NCBI GenBank assembly: GCA_031414595.1
Contig: JANNVX010000064.1
Location: forward strand, 23,519-87,518
Direction: 5' to 3'
DNA from: Deinococcales bacterium
Lineage (GTDB): Bacteria; Deinococcota; Deinococci; Deinococcales; JAAFIG01
DNA: 64,000 nt
A program made the translations under genes and the position numbers. This document shows, in pieces, positions 39,378 to 49,751 of this stretch. The notes under the pieces were generated by a model. That model made no database searches, was not told the DNA's origin, and was given only the letters and a program-made list of their open reading frames with translations. Numbering within the stretch: position 1 is the first letter of the stretch; each line of letters begins with the position of its first letter.

Positions 39378-40429
39378 GCGTAGCGAATCCTAGGGTCAAC
39401 AAGGGCGAGTAACAAATCCGAAAATAAATTGCCAATCATCAGTAAAATTGCCGATAAGACCAATAAACCCATGACCACATACAAATCTTGTTGTTGAATC
39501 GCAATCACAAAACCGGGCGTGATTCCGGGCCAACGGTAGACAAACTCGACCAAACCCGCACCAGTAACCAACTCGGGCAGAATCGTGCCAAGCCCAGACA
39601 CGACCGGACCAATGGCATTACGCAGCACATGCTTATAAGTCACAACCCGCTCAGATAAACCCTTGGCTCTGGCGGTGCGTACAAAATCGGCTTTTAGGAA
39701 CTCGAGCATCTGACTGCGAACTACTCGCACTAGACTGGATAAACCCGAGGTGGTGACCACAATGGTTGGTAAAATCAGATGCCAAGCGCGGTCAATCATC
39801 TGCTGCCACCACGGTAAATTGTCGTAAATCTCGGTGGTTCGCATCCCGCCGACTGGGAAAATCAAACCGTTTTTGAGGTCATAGGTCAAAAACTCGAGTA
39901 TCGGCTTGTACCACGCCTCCCCCTTTGCTACCTGACGCAAATCGGCTTGAAAGGCGAGGACACCGACAATCAAAAGCAGAATAAAAAAGAAATTTGGCAG
40001 TGCCAGACCCATGATGCTTAAAAAACTCACGACTTTATCGCCATTGCTGTACTGTTTTGCCGCCTGATAAATGCCAATCGGAATGGCTAAAACATAGGTC
40101 AGCACCAAAGAAATAACCACCAGACTGAGGCTATTCCAAATTAAAGGCACAATAATATCTGATACTGGCGAGCGGTAAGTAAACGACTCCCCCAAATACC
40201 CAAGGGTCAGGATTCCCCAAATCCAACGAAAATACTGAACAATAATTGGTTGATCCAAGCCAAAATTCTGACGCAGCCGCTCGAGTTGCCCCGCATCAGC
40301 ATTTGGGTCAAGCGCAAAACGGTCGGTGAAATCACCGGGGGTCAGTTGAATAATCATAAACGCCAGAAGTGTCGCCCCGATAAAGGTCGGCACAATTTGA
40401 AGTAAACGTTTTGCCACGTATTGAATCAC
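39374..40429 (-). CDS. Peptide ABC permease (OppB-like)
   Basis: PGDF, DFVRTARAKGL, HVLRN, DPRIRY. Confidence 0.93.
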   Translation of the reverse strand: MIQYVAKRLLQIVPTFIGATLLAFMIIQLTPGDFTDRFALDPNADAGQLERLRQNFGLDQPIIVQYFRWIWGILTLGYLGESFTYRSPVSDIIVPLIWNSLSLVVISLVLTYVLAIPIGIYQAAKQYSNGDKVVSFLSIMGLALPNFFFILLLIVGVLAFQADLRQVAKGEAWYKPILEFLTYDLKNGLIFPVGGMRTTEIYDNLPWWQQMIDRAWHLILPTIVVTTSGLSSLVRVVRSQMLEFLKADFVRTARAKGLSERVVTYKHVLRNAIGPVVSGLGTILPELVTGAGLVEFVYRWPGITPGFVIAIQQQDLYVVMGLLVLSAILLMIGNLFSDLLLALVDPRIRYA

Positions 40430-40442
40430 GAGTCAGAACCTC

Positions 40443-40470
40443 GGAGGAAGGAGGAAGGAGGAAGGAGGAA
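40443..40470. repeat. Heptamer tandem repeat GGAGGAA x4
   Basis: Direct reading. Confidence 0.8.
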
Positions 40471-40541
40471 AAAAAACGAGTTGCGCTGTGCGGATGTCTC
40501 GAGGGCAGATGGGATGTGTTGAGAAATGAAAAGACTGTGAA

Positions 40542-41930
40542 TCACGAAGAACCACCCGTCTCGAGGGCATACTCATGAAAAATAGCTGCCGCGTACTTGA
40601 TGCCTTGAATAAAACGTTCAACTGGCATGTTTTCGTTCGGTCCATGCAGATTATTTTCTGGCGCACCAAAGCCAGACAGCACTGCCGGATGGGGAATGGC
40701 TAACATGATAATCCCTTGAATACTGACCCCATGCACCACTGGTTGTACCCCAAAAACCCGTTCGGCTGCTTTGAAAGTGGCTTGAGAAATGGCTTCGCGG
40801 CTCGAGACTTTATAGGGGTTTTTACGGGCATTGACCAAGACAAGCTCGACATCATCAAAACCATGTTTGATCATGTGCATCTCGAGTTTTTTGAATTGCT
40901 CTGATGGCTCGAGATCGGGTGGGCAACGAAAATCCATTTTGACCACACCTTCGGCGGGAACAATTGTTTTAGAACCCTCGCCAGCGTAACCAGAACTAAA
41001 ACCACAGATGTTGGCACTTGCGCCGTAATGGGCGCGTTTGAGGATTTCAAAATCATCTTCGCTGGATAAATGCTTTGCGCCCATTTGTCGCATAAACTCG
41101 GTACGGTCAAAGTATTGTTGTTCGTCGCGCAAAAACTCGAGGTCGTACTGGTCTGGGGGAATCAGGGTGTCATACCAGCCATCCACTTTAATCACACCCG
41201 TGGCAGGGTCGGCGATGCTTGATAAACATTCGATTAAACGCCATGCTGGATTTCGCAGCATTTGCGCCCGCCCAGACCAAGTGTCTTGTTTGAGGGTTTT
41301 GCAACGCAACTCGACATACAAAATCGCCTTAATCCCAAGATGCACTTCTGGGCGCAAACTGGTGCGGTTGACCCCGCCATCTAAGCCAATGCTGGCATCG
41401 CACGCCAAACGCTCTTTGTGCTTGTAGACAAAATCCTCGAGATGCGGGCTGCCGATTTCTTCTTCGCCCTCGAACAGATATTGCAAGTTTACGGGTGTAC
41501 CGCCAGTGATGGCGCGGTAGGCTTTGGCAGCTTCAACAAAGGCGAGGCAGCCGCTTTTGTTGTCGGTTGCACCACGGGCATAAATGATGCCATCGCGTAT
41601 ATCTGCGCCCCACGGGTCGGAATGCCACAACTCGAGCGGCTCGGGTGGCTGGACGTCGTAATGCCCGTAACAAAGTAACGTTTTGGCGTTGGGGTGGCTC
41701 GAGGATTCTGTGCCGAGCAGCACTTCGGGTCCACCATCGGTTGGCAGAATTTCAACATCTTTTACGCCGTCTTCAAGCATCAGGTCACGCAACAATTGGG
41801 CGCATGGTTCGAGACCGATGTTTTGGGCGCTGACCGATGGCTGGCGCAGAAACGTCCGCAAATCCTCGACGGCTTGTTCGGCGTGGTCATCTATGTATTT
41901 GAAGACTTGCTCGAGGGTGGCTTCAGACAT
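40542..41930 (-). CDS. M20/M25/M40 dipeptidase-like metallohydrolase
   Basis: YGHYDVQP, ARGATDNK, EGEEEIGS, HGPNE. Confidence 0.92.
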   Translation of the reverse strand: MSEATLEQVFKYIDDHAEQAVEDLRTFLRQPSVSAQNIGLEPCAQLLRDLMLEDGVKDVEILPTDGGPEVLLGTESSSHPNAKTLLCYGHYDVQPPEPLELWHSDPWGADIRDGIIYARGATDNKSGCLAFVEAAKAYRAITGGTPVNLQYLFEGEEEIGSPHLEDFVYKHKERLACDASIGLDGGVNRTSLRPEVHLGIKAILYVELRCKTLKQDTWSGRAQMLRNPAWRLIECLSSIADPATGVIKVDGWYDTLIPPDQYDLEFLRDEQQYFDRTEFMRQMGAKHLSSEDDFEILKRAHYGASANICGFSSGYAGEGSKTIVPAEGVVKMDFRCPPDLEPSEQFKKLEMHMIKHGFDDVELVLVNARKNPYKVSSREAISQATFKAAERVFGVQPVVHGVSIQGIIMLAIPHPAVLSGFGAPENNLHGPNENMPVERFIQGIKYAAAIFHEYALETGGSS

Positions 41931-43626
41931 CAAGATTCACCTCAGCTTGTTGCACGCCACCCTTCTGGCTCGAGACAACAATGTTGATTTTCGCGTCTGG
42001 CTTGGCTTTGACCAACCATTCCACAGGTCGGGCGGTGCGCCCCCATTTTTCGCCCCACGGCGACCATTGGTATTTGCGTCCGTTGCGTCCCGCTAAATGC
42101 CCAACATCGGCGGTGCTATCACCCATCAGCAATTCGGCATTCTCGAGGTGAAGCGTGGCTTTGACCGTTTCGGCTACCTTTTTCTCGATGGCACGGTCAG
42201 TCAGGTGGCTTGGTAAATACCCGTCGTTGCCGATGACCGCATGAATTTTGTACAAACTCGAGCCGTCTGGGGCTGTACCAAGTTTCTCGAGTTTGCTCGA
42301 GCGCACCCGAATGCGTGGACTAGCTGCCGCATGTTCGAGGCAAAAAAGCGTGTTGGTATGACAAATTTCCTCAAGCAGATGTCCGGGTGGGTTTCGCAGT
42401 ACCCAAATTTCGGCGAGTCCGCCAATTTCAACTGCCCCGAGTTGTGGATGGTCAAACGCTGTCCATTCGCGCCAACCTTTTTCGCCGTGGTTTTCCCAGA
42501 CCCACTGCACCATTTTAATCAGGGTTTCATCGTCTCGAGGGCGAAGGTTGTAAAAAGCAACTTTTTCGATACCAGCCGCTTTTTCGATGTCCCAGAGTTC
42601 GGTGGCAAATATCGGTACGCCAGTTTCTTCAAACATCCAATCTTTTAATGAACCGCGCCGCGCCTTGGTTTTGTCGGGTGTGAAGCCCTCATAGGTGCTG
42701 ATGGTTGGATAGCCCGTGATGCTCGTGCCAACCGCGCCCAAATCCTTGAACAGCGTCAAATCCCTTGGACTCATTTCCGAGTCGTACTTGGTGGTACTTG
42801 GGCGCAAATGTACCCCGCCGTGGGTGTGGAACGAATTCATACCGCAAATGTTTGGGTGATTCAAAATAAAATCAATCATCGCCTTGGATTCTGGTTCGGA
42901 GCCGGGGTACAGACCAGCACCGTACTGCTCAGTTTCTTGCGCCCAGTTTGCGGGGAATTGACGGTTGAGGTTGCCGTCTCGGGTGGCTTCAATCTCTGGT
43001 TCTACACCATCATAATCTGGAATTAAACCTTCGGGGTAAAGGCGGTAATAGTTGCCGCCAAATTCACCAGGTTGACGTTGTACCATCACCCTCGAGTCTT
43101 TGCTTGAAATTTTCCATTCGCCAGCTTGGTCTGGCACACGCATTTGCACAATGTAACCGTCGTTATTGAGGTCAGTTTGGTACAAGCCGTGTCCGCGTTC
43201 GTCCTCTGAACTCGGCACAAAACGCCCATTGCCACACCACCTGAACGGATGCGACAGCGAATACTCTGCGCCGTCTGGATTGAGGCGTGGCAGGATATAA
43301 AAAGTTTGTTCGTTGAGGAGCATCGTCACTTTTTGGTCATGCCCAAACTGCTCGAGTAAGTACGAAGCGGCGTACAACGCCGTGGCGCTGGTGGTGTGTT
43401 CCTCGGCGTGAATGTGTGCGTCTATGTAGTAGGCGGGTTTCTCGAGGTCAGAACCCGTACTTTTATTGGTAATCGTCATCAGCCAAATTTCACGCCCCAG
43501 AAAGGTTTTGCCAATGCTCGAGAGCGTGGCGGTTTCGGGGAATGCTGCGGCAAGCTGTTGCAATAAAGCCGTCAGTTCTTCGTAGTTGTAAAAGCGGTTA
43601 TGGGCAATAGATACACGGGGATTCAC
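41923..43626 (-). CDS. M14 zinc carboxypeptidase
   Basis: HAEE, NPDG, NLNRQF, SEPE, FHTHG, TELW. Confidence 0.9.
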   Translation of the reverse strand: MNPRVSIAHNRFYNYEELTALLQQLAAAFPETATLSSIGKTFLGREIWLMTITNKSTGSDLEKPAYYIDAHIHAEEHTTSATALYAASYLLEQFGHDQKVTMLLNEQTFYILPRLNPDGAEYSLSHPFRWCGNGRFVPSSEDERGHGLYQTDLNNDGYIVQMRVPDQAGEWKISSKDSRVMVQRQPGEFGGNYYRLYPEGLIPDYDGVEPEIEATRDGNLNRQFPANWAQETEQYGAGLYPGSEPESKAMIDFILNHPNICGMNSFHTHGGVHLRPSTTKYDSEMSPRDLTLFKDLGAVGTSITGYPTISTYEGFTPDKTKARRGSLKDWMFEETGVPIFATELWDIEKAAGIEKVAFYNLRPRDDETLIKMVQWVWENHGEKGWREWTAFDHPQLGAVEIGGLAEIWVLRNPPGHLLEEICHTNTLFCLEHAAASPRIRVRSSKLEKLGTAPDGSSLYKIHAVIGNDGYLPSHLTDRAIEKKVAETVKATLHLENAELLMGDSTADVGHLAGRNGRKYQWSPWGEKWGRTARPVEWLVKAKPDAKINIVVSSQKGGVQQAEVNLDV

Positions 43627-44870
43627 AAATGACCTCCACTGGCTCGAGAGACCTCGAGACCGTTCTGAAAAACACGCAAGTTCTTTTTATCTTGTAAAAC
43701 ACGAATATCTTCTAGCGGATTACCATTCACCAGCACCAAATCTGCAATTTTGCCAGTCTCGAGTGTGCCAATGTCGGGCATGTCCAAGAGTTCGGCTGCC
43801 GTTTGGGTTGCTGCCCTAATTGCCTCGAGTGCGCTTAAACCACCACGCATCAAGAGTTCCATTTCATGATGGTTAGAAAGTCCATGTGGCAGCATAAAAC
43901 CCGCATCCGTACCAGTCACGATTTTTACGCCAGCTTTTTTGGCTCGAGTCAAGCTGTCCCACATTGCTTCGCGCCCAAGCTCGAGCCACTTGATGCTGTT
44001 GGCATTGGCATTTTGGGCTTCCCATGAATGCTCAAAGTGATTCTCTTGCACCCGCAGCGTCGGCACATAGTAACAATTCTTTTCTGCCATTAGGTCTAAG
44101 CACTCGTCATCTAGCCAGCGCCCATGTTCAACACTGTCCAGCCCAGCTTTGACCGCCATATTGACGGTTGGACCACCGCTTGTGTGCGCTGCCACCTGTT
44201 TCTCGAGACGGTGCGCTTCGGTGATGGCTGCGATTATTTCGGACTCATCCATTTCTTGTTTGTAAGGGTGTTGCCAATCACGGAAAGAACCGCCACACAA
44301 GTTAATTTTAATCACATCCGCGCCGCGTTTGACTTGGGTTCGCACCCCTGCTTGCCACTCGAGCGCCCCATCGCAAGGGTAGGTCATGTCGTGCAGTGCC
44401 ACATGGTCGCCCCAACCGCCTTTGTCCATGTGTCCACTTGTCACCGAAAGCCCCAAACCGCACGCCCGAACTCGAGGACCCGCCACATATCCCGCGTTGA
44501 TGGCATCGCGTAAGTCAATAATCACGCCGCCGGGTGCATTCAGGTCACGCACCGCCGTCACACCCCACTCGAGGGTTTCACGGGCGTAACGGGCGGCTCT
44601 GAGCGCCAATTTTGGGTACGACATCTCAGAGGCTTCGGCACGAAAAGCCCGAGCTTCGATAGCACCACTGTAGGCAAGGTGAACATGGGCATCAATCATG
44701 CCGGGCAGTAAAGTCTCACCAAGTATAATGTTCGCACGTTCTGGCAAACTGACATCGGCGGTTCGAGAAACACCAGAGATACGTCCGTTTTGAACATGCA
44801 GCACCGCGTTATCGAGGACTGAGCCATTACCAATAATCAGACGCTTGGCAACAAAGAAAGTCTCGTTCAT
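43623..44870 (-). CDS. Metal-dependent amidohydrolase (Xaa-Pro dipeptidase/M38-like)
   Basis: DAHVH, GVTAVRD, DVIKI, AAH, EHG, GTDAG. Confidence 0.92.
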   Translation of the reverse strand: MNETFFVAKRLIIGNGSVLDNAVLHVQNGRISGVSRTADVSLPERANIILGETLLPGMIDAHVHLAYSGAIEARAFRAEASEMSYPKLALRAARYARETLEWGVTAVRDLNAPGGVIIDLRDAINAGYVAGPRVRACGLGLSVTSGHMDKGGWGDHVALHDMTYPCDGALEWQAGVRTQVKRGADVIKINLCGGSFRDWQHPYKQEMDESEIIAAITEAHRLEKQVAAHTSGGPTVNMAVKAGLDSVEHGRWLDDECLDLMAEKNCYYVPTLRVQENHFEHSWEAQNANANSIKWLELGREAMWDSLTRAKKAGVKIVTGTDAGFMLPHGLSNHHEMELLMRGGLSALEAIRAATQTAAELLDMPDIGTLETGKIADLVLVNGNPLEDIRVLQDKKNLRVFQNGLEVSRASGGHL

Positions 44871-46090
44871 GCCCATACCTCGAGTCCATCTTTGAAGACG
44901 CGGAAATTATTTTTATCCTGTAGCACTTTTATATCTTCTAATGGATTACCGTTCACCAAAAGTAAATCTGCGATTTTGCCAGTTTTGATTGAACCCAAAT
45001 TGGACATTTGCATCAGTTCGGCGGCTGTCTGTGTTCCCGCCTTGATTGCCTCGAGCGCCGTTAAACCACCGTGCATCAAAAGCTCCAATTCTCGAGCGTT
45101 CATGCTGCCATGCGGTAACGTAAAACCTGCATCTGTGCCAAGCGCGATTTTCACGCCAGCCTTATGCACAATTTCTAAAGAAACCCATTTGTCCTCGCGG
45201 GACTTCTCGAGCCAAAGCCGTGTAGCAGCACTCAGATGCTCGAGTGAAAAGTCAAAATTGCGTTCATTGACAAGTAACGTTGGCACATAATACGCGCCGC
45301 GTTCCGCCATTAAATCTGCTGTTTCTTCATCTATCCAATGTCCATGTTCGACCGTGTTTAAGCCCAGTGAAACAGCTTTTTTGACACTTTCACCACCGCT
45401 CGTGTGGGCTGCCACAAATTTCTCGAGGTGGGCTGCTTCCTGCATTACTGCCGCGATTTCTTCGTCGGTCATTTCTTGGCGGTACGGGGTGTGTTCAACA
45501 TCTACCCTCGAGCCAACACACAAATTGATTTTAATAAAATCTGCACCACGTTTAACTTGACTTCGCGCTCCGCGAACAAAACCCACTGCGCCATCGCAGG
45601 GCAGGGTCATATCTGTAAACCTCACATGGTCGCCCCAACCGCCAGCATCCATGTGTCCACCTGTGACCGATAAGCCCAGACCACAGGCTTTGACTCGAGA
45701 ACCCTGCACATGACCCGCGTTAATCGCATCGCGTAAGTCGAGTATCACCCCGCCGGGCGCATTCATATCCCGCACCGAAGTAAAACCCCACTCGAGGGTG
45801 TCTTTAGCATGTTTGGCTGCCCGAAGCGCCAAAAGCGGATAGGAAGTCTCGCTGGCTTCGGCACGGAAAGCCCCTTTTTCGGGTTTGCCTGTGTACGCCA
45901 AATGCACATGGGTATCTATCAAACCGGGCATCAGGGTTTGGGTACGAATAATGGTTGCATGGTCTGGGATGCTGATGTCAGCCGCTCGAGCCACGGTTTT
46001 TATAAGCCCGTTTTCCTCGAGCAGTACCGCATTCTCGAGGAGTGGCTTGCCTGTGCCATCTATCAGGCGTTCACACAAAAAGGCGTTCAT
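44867..46090 (-). CDS. Metal-dependent amidohydrolase, paralog of 43623-44870
   Basis: DTHVH, GFTSVRD, DFIKI, AAH, EHG, GTDAG. Confidence 0.92.
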   Translation of the reverse strand: MNAFLCERLIDGTGKPLLENAVLLEENGLIKTVARAADISIPDHATIIRTQTLMPGLIDTHVHLAYTGKPEKGAFRAEASETSYPLLALRAAKHAKDTLEWGFTSVRDMNAPGGVILDLRDAINAGHVQGSRVKACGLGLSVTGGHMDAGGWGDHVRFTDMTLPCDGAVGFVRGARSQVKRGADFIKINLCVGSRVDVEHTPYRQEMTDEEIAAVMQEAAHLEKFVAAHTSGGESVKKAVSLGLNTVEHGHWIDEETADLMAERGAYYVPTLLVNERNFDFSLEHLSAATRLWLEKSREDKWVSLEIVHKAGVKIALGTDAGFTLPHGSMNARELELLMHGGLTALEAIKAGTQTAAELMQMSNLGSIKTGKIADLLLVNGNPLEDIKVLQDKNNFRVFKDGLEVWA

Positions 46091-46830
46091 GCGTTCCACC
46101 CCATTTGGCGCAATTCTTCGGAGCGTTGCCACGCATTGACATACTGGTCATGAATCCCACTTGAGTTTTGCAAGGCAAGTTCAACAAAAGCTGGCGTGAT
46201 TAAAAACGGATCTTTCCAGATTTTCTTGGTTTCCTCGGAATACGTCTGCATACTCATGCTGGTCTGGGTTGGTGTACCGGGCGTGATAGTGTTGACCGCA
46301 ATGCCATCTTCGCCCAAATCAGCAGCGATGGCTCGAGACAAGCCCTCTAAACCAAATTTCGAGGCACAGTAGGCGATTTCATGGGCAAAACCCATCACTC
46401 CTGCTCGAGACGAAACGTTGATAATCGAGCCGTTTTTTGCTTGCTGCATGGTGGGTGCAAAAGCGCGGCACATCAAAAAAACACCGCGTAAGTTAATCCC
46501 TAGAATCGTGTCCCAGTCATCGAATGTAGTGTCTATCAGGTGCTTCTCGATAATCACACCAGCAACATTAGCAAGAATATCTATGTGGTTTTGTTGCTCT
46601 AGAACTGTTTGGGCTAGGTTCTCGACACTGCTTGGCTCGAGTAAATCCAGTGGCATAGCATGGGCTTGTAGTCCAGCCTCACGCAAGTTTTTCATTTCAG
46701 TCTCGAGTTCTTGGATTTCGCGGTCTGCGCCGTAGACAATTGCACCCTCGAGCGCAAAAGCCTTTGCCACGGCTCGCCCAATGCCTCTGGCTGCTCCTGT
46801 GACGACCGCAACTTTGCCGAGGAGTCTCAT
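46087..46830 (-). CDS. SDR family oxidoreductase
   Basis: TGAARGIG, NVAG, YCASK. Confidence 0.93.
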   Translation of the reverse strand: MRLLGKVAVVTGAARGIGRAVAKAFALEGAIVYGADREIQELETEMKNLREAGLQAHAMPLDLLEPSSVENLAQTVLEQQNHIDILANVAGVIIEKHLIDTTFDDWDTILGINLRGVFLMCRAFAPTMQQAKNGSIINVSSRAGVMGFAHEIAYCASKFGLEGLSRAIAADLGEDGIAVNTITPGTPTQTSMSMQTYSEETKKIWKDPFLITPAFVELALQNSSGIHDQYVNAWQRSEELRQMGWNA

Positions 46831-47594
46831 GTGGCGACCCGCCCTCCGTCTATTAAAAGTCCGATGCCCGTGGTGAATGAACTCATGTCCGAGGCGAGGT
46901 ACAGCACGGTTCTAGCAATCTCGAGCGGTGTTCCCATGCGCCCAATCGGGGTGTTTTCCATCCACATTTTTCGGGTGGCTTCTTGGTTTTGTGCCAAATT
47001 CAAATTGCGTTGGTTCATTGGCGTGTCTATCACGCCCGGGCAGATGGCATTAACGCGAATGTTTTGTCTCGAGTATTCGATGGCTAGAATTCTGGTCATG
47101 CTCATGATTGCGCCTTTACTCGAGCCATACGAGATGTTCCCGCCAACATTGGCAAAAGCCGAAACCGATGAATTATTGACAATCGTGCCACCACCCGACT
47201 CGAGCAGCAAGGGAATGGCGTGCTTGCAGCAAAAGAATGTGCCTTTAAGGTTGACACCAATTACGCGGTCAAACAGTTCTTCGGTCACATCCACACTTGG
47301 GGTTTTTGGTTGCTCGATTCCAGCATTGTTAAAAATCGTGTGCAGACCACCAAATTCTGTTTTGGCAACCGCCACCATGTTTTGAACATCGGTTTCTTTG
47401 GAAACATCGCAACGCACAAACACAGCTTTTCCGCCGTGTGAACGAATTTCTTCTACCGCACTTTTGCTACCAATTTCGTCTATATCGGCAAGTACCACGC
47501 TCGCGCCTTCTTCGGCAAAAAGCAGGGCTGTGGCGCGTCCCATACCGTTACCTGCACCGGTCACGATTGCTATTTTGTTCTCGAGCCACTTCAT
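46827..47594 (-). CDS. SDR family oxidoreductase
   Basis: [17 protein letters not shown]. Confidence 0.93.
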   Translation of the reverse strand: MKWLENKIAIVTGAGNGMGRATALLFAEEGASVVLADIDEIGSKSAVEEIRSHGGKAVFVRCDVSKETDVQNMVAVAKTEFGGLHTIFNNAGIEQPKTPSVDVTEELFDRVIGVNLKGTFFCCKHAIPLLLESGGGTIVNNSSVSAFANVGGNISYGSSKGAIMSMTRILAIEYSRQNIRVNAICPGVIDTPMNQRNLNLAQNQEATRKMWMENTPIGRMGTPLEIARTVLYLASDMSSFTTGIGLLIDGGRVAT

Positions 47595-48322
47595 AGGCTT
47601 CTCGCAGTGATGCTTGGTGTAGCACCTAAGATAGGTGGTTCTTCGCGCAGTTCTAAACTCATGTCGGCAAGCTCCAAGTGCTTAATCACCATTTGAATGT
47701 GCTGCCGTGCGGCATGTTCTGCCGCGATAGGGTCTTTACTGGCAATCGCTTCAAAAATGGCTTGGTGTTCGGCACGAACATCATCCCTCGAGCGACTTGT
47801 GCCACTTTGCGGGTCGGACATCCGACGAATCGTGTTGCGGCGGTAGACGGCTGCTAGTTCGGCGGTGATTTCGCTAAAGCGAATCAAATGCCGATTGTCT
47901 GAAACCTCATAGATATGATGATGAAATTTGAGGTCGCTGACCCATAACGCACTTAAATCCGATTCTTGGACAGGTGTTTCCCATGCTTTAAGGTAAGTTT
48001 CTAAGGTCTTTAATTCTGGTTTAGTGATTTTTGACGCGGCTAAAAAAGCTGCCACACCATCTAAGCCCATCCGACACCAGTACAGATTGACGACATCCTC
48101 GAGTTTGAGGACACTGACTTCCATCCGTCCACCAGAATCATAAATCAATCCACGTTCACGCAGCATCACCAGTGCATTGCTGACAGGAGTGCGGCTGACA
48201 TTCAATTGGGCAGCCAGTTCGACTTCGACCAAACTGTCGCCGGGGTGAAGTTCGCCGCTAATGATACGGTCACGGATGTTCTCGTAGACCTGATCGCGCA
48301 ATGCCTTTCCTCTCAAAATCAT
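47591..48322 (-). CDS. GntR family regulator (FCD domain)
   Basis: [29 protein letters not shown]. Confidence 0.93.
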   Translation of the reverse strand: MILRGKALRDQVYENIRDRIISGELHPGDSLVEVELAAQLNVSRTPVSNALVMLRERGLIYDSGGRMEVSVLKLEDVVNLYWCRMGLDGVAAFLAASKITKPELKTLETYLKAWETPVQESDLSALWVSDLKFHHHIYEVSDNRHLIRFSEITAELAAVYRRNTIRRMSDPQSGTSRSRDDVRAEHQAIFEAIASKDPIAAEHAARQHIQMVIKHLELADMSLELREEPPILGATPSITARSL

Positions 48323-48354
48323 TGGGGTGTCCTTTCAAAACCTTGGGATGCGGG

Positions 48355-48370
48355 ATGCTGCATGCAGCAT
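48355..48370. promoter_or_regulatory. Perfect 16-bp palindrome, candidate GntR operator in a divergent promoter
   Basis: ATGCTGCATGCAGCAT. Confidence 0.6.
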
Positions 48371-48478
48371 TCATGTAGAATGTGGTACAGATTAGGTGAC
48401 TGGAATCAGAAAGTCAAGCCGCCCTCTTTTAACCATCCGATTGTCGCCCTCACTCAAAACCTCAGAAAGGATAAAATT

Positions 48479-49705
48479 ATGCCTGAAGCCCCCGCTTGGA
48501 AATTCGAGAAAATCATTAAGCCGATGTTTGACACACCAAAATCAGCCGTTCTGCTGCGTGGCAGGGTGGTTAGTGGCACAGACTCCCCAACTTTAGAAGA
48601 TGGAATTGTAGAACTCGAGAATGGCAGTATCAAAGCTGTTGGACACGCCACAGAATTTGGCTCGAGGAGCGAAGAATCGGTGCAGGTACTTGGCACAATC
48701 TTGCCCGGCTTAATCAACTCCCACGCCCACCTTGCATGGGATGGGATTCATGACTTGGCGCATCAAAGTATTTACGATTCCAAGCCAATCAATGCCTATA
48801 AAAGCGCTGGCAATATGCTGCTCAGTTTGCAGGCTGGCATCACCACGGTGCGTGACCTTGGAATGCACGACAGCAACTTATTTGCCAAACAAGCCGTCGA
48901 GCAAGGCATTTTCCCGGGTCCACGAATACTGGCGTGTGGGGCAGCGATTGTCCAAACTGGCGGACACACCTACTGGGCGTGTAAAGAAGCCAGTGGCGCA
49001 GACGAAATGCGTCGAGCTGTCCGTGAACAAGTCCGTGCTGGGGCAGACCTCATTAAAATCATGGCAAGCCACGACCTCAACGAATTCACCGATGCCGAAC
49101 TCGAGGCAGTGGTGGACGAAGCCCACCGTAACGGCTTACCGATTACTGCCCATGCCACGTTTAACAGCGTGATTTACCGTGTCGCCCAAGCTGGAGTGGA
49201 TTGTATCGAACATGGCGGCGACATGACTGATGAAACCATTGCGCTAATTTTAGAAAAAAACATTCCGATTGTTACGACCTTTGCTCCGTTAGTGATGCAG
49301 TCCCAAGCCGAAGTCGCAAGGGCATACAACATCCCCGAATGGAAAATTCTCGAGCGTCAAAAAGCCGTCCAAAGTGGAACGCGCTTTGCAGGACTGGTCA
49401 AAGCTGCCGAAGCTGGTATCACCATTGCTTTTGGCACAGATGCCGGAAGCCCCGTTGTGCCGCACACCGTGGTTGCCCCAGAACTCGAGTTTATGATTAA
49501 ACTCGGTGTTAAGAAAAATGCCTTGGATGCGATTCACTGCGCCACCAGTGTGGCTGCTAAAGTCAACCGCTTGGAGGGTAAAATCGGTACGCTCGAGACT
49601 GGCAAAATCGCTGATGTAATTGTCACCGAAGGGCAACCAGACCAAAACATCAGCGACATCTCGAGAGTCAAAATGGTTTTTGTTGGCGGGATTCGGCGCG
49701 TTTAA
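48479..49705 (+). CDS. Metal-dependent amidohydrolase (M38-like), divergent from GntR
   Basis: NSHAH, GITTVRD, DLIKI, AHA, EHG, GTDAG; ATG 48479 after AAAGGA. Confidence 0.92.
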   Translation: MPEAPAWKFEKIIKPMFDTPKSAVLLRGRVVSGTDSPTLEDGIVELENGSIKAVGHATEFGSRSEESVQVLGTILPGLINSHAHLAWDGIHDLAHQSIYDSKPINAYKSAGNMLLSLQAGITTVRDLGMHDSNLFAKQAVEQGIFPGPRILACGAAIVQTGGHTYWACKEASGADEMRRAVREQVRAGADLIKIMASHDLNEFTDAELEAVVDEAHRNGLPITAHATFNSVIYRVAQAGVDCIEHGGDMTDETIALILEKNIPIVTTFAPLVMQSQAEVARAYNIPEWKILERQKAVQSGTRFAGLVKAAEAGITIAFGTDAGSPVVPHTVVAPELEFMIKLGVKKNALDAIHCATSVAAKVNRLEGKIGTLETGKIADVIVTEGQPDQNISDISRVKMVFVGGIRRV

Positions 49706-49724
49706 CCGTAAAACACAATCCATT

Positions 49725-49751
49725 GTAGGGACAGACCCCCGTGTCTGTCCT
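49725..49751 (+). repeat. GTAG-type REP-like palindrome
   Basis: GTAG-GGACAGAC-ccccgt-GTCTGTCC. Confidence 0.6.

Noticed and set aside
48206-48478. N-terminal extensions in the ORF track (also purE, PadR, RM, metK, 6785)
   Set aside because: Downstream starts have RBS, -10 or ATGA-coupling support; the extensions overlap other genes or promoters.
24958-49705. Biosynthetic gene cluster
   Set aside because: No scaffold-building enzymes, ligases or exporter; importer plus hydrolases indicates catabolism.
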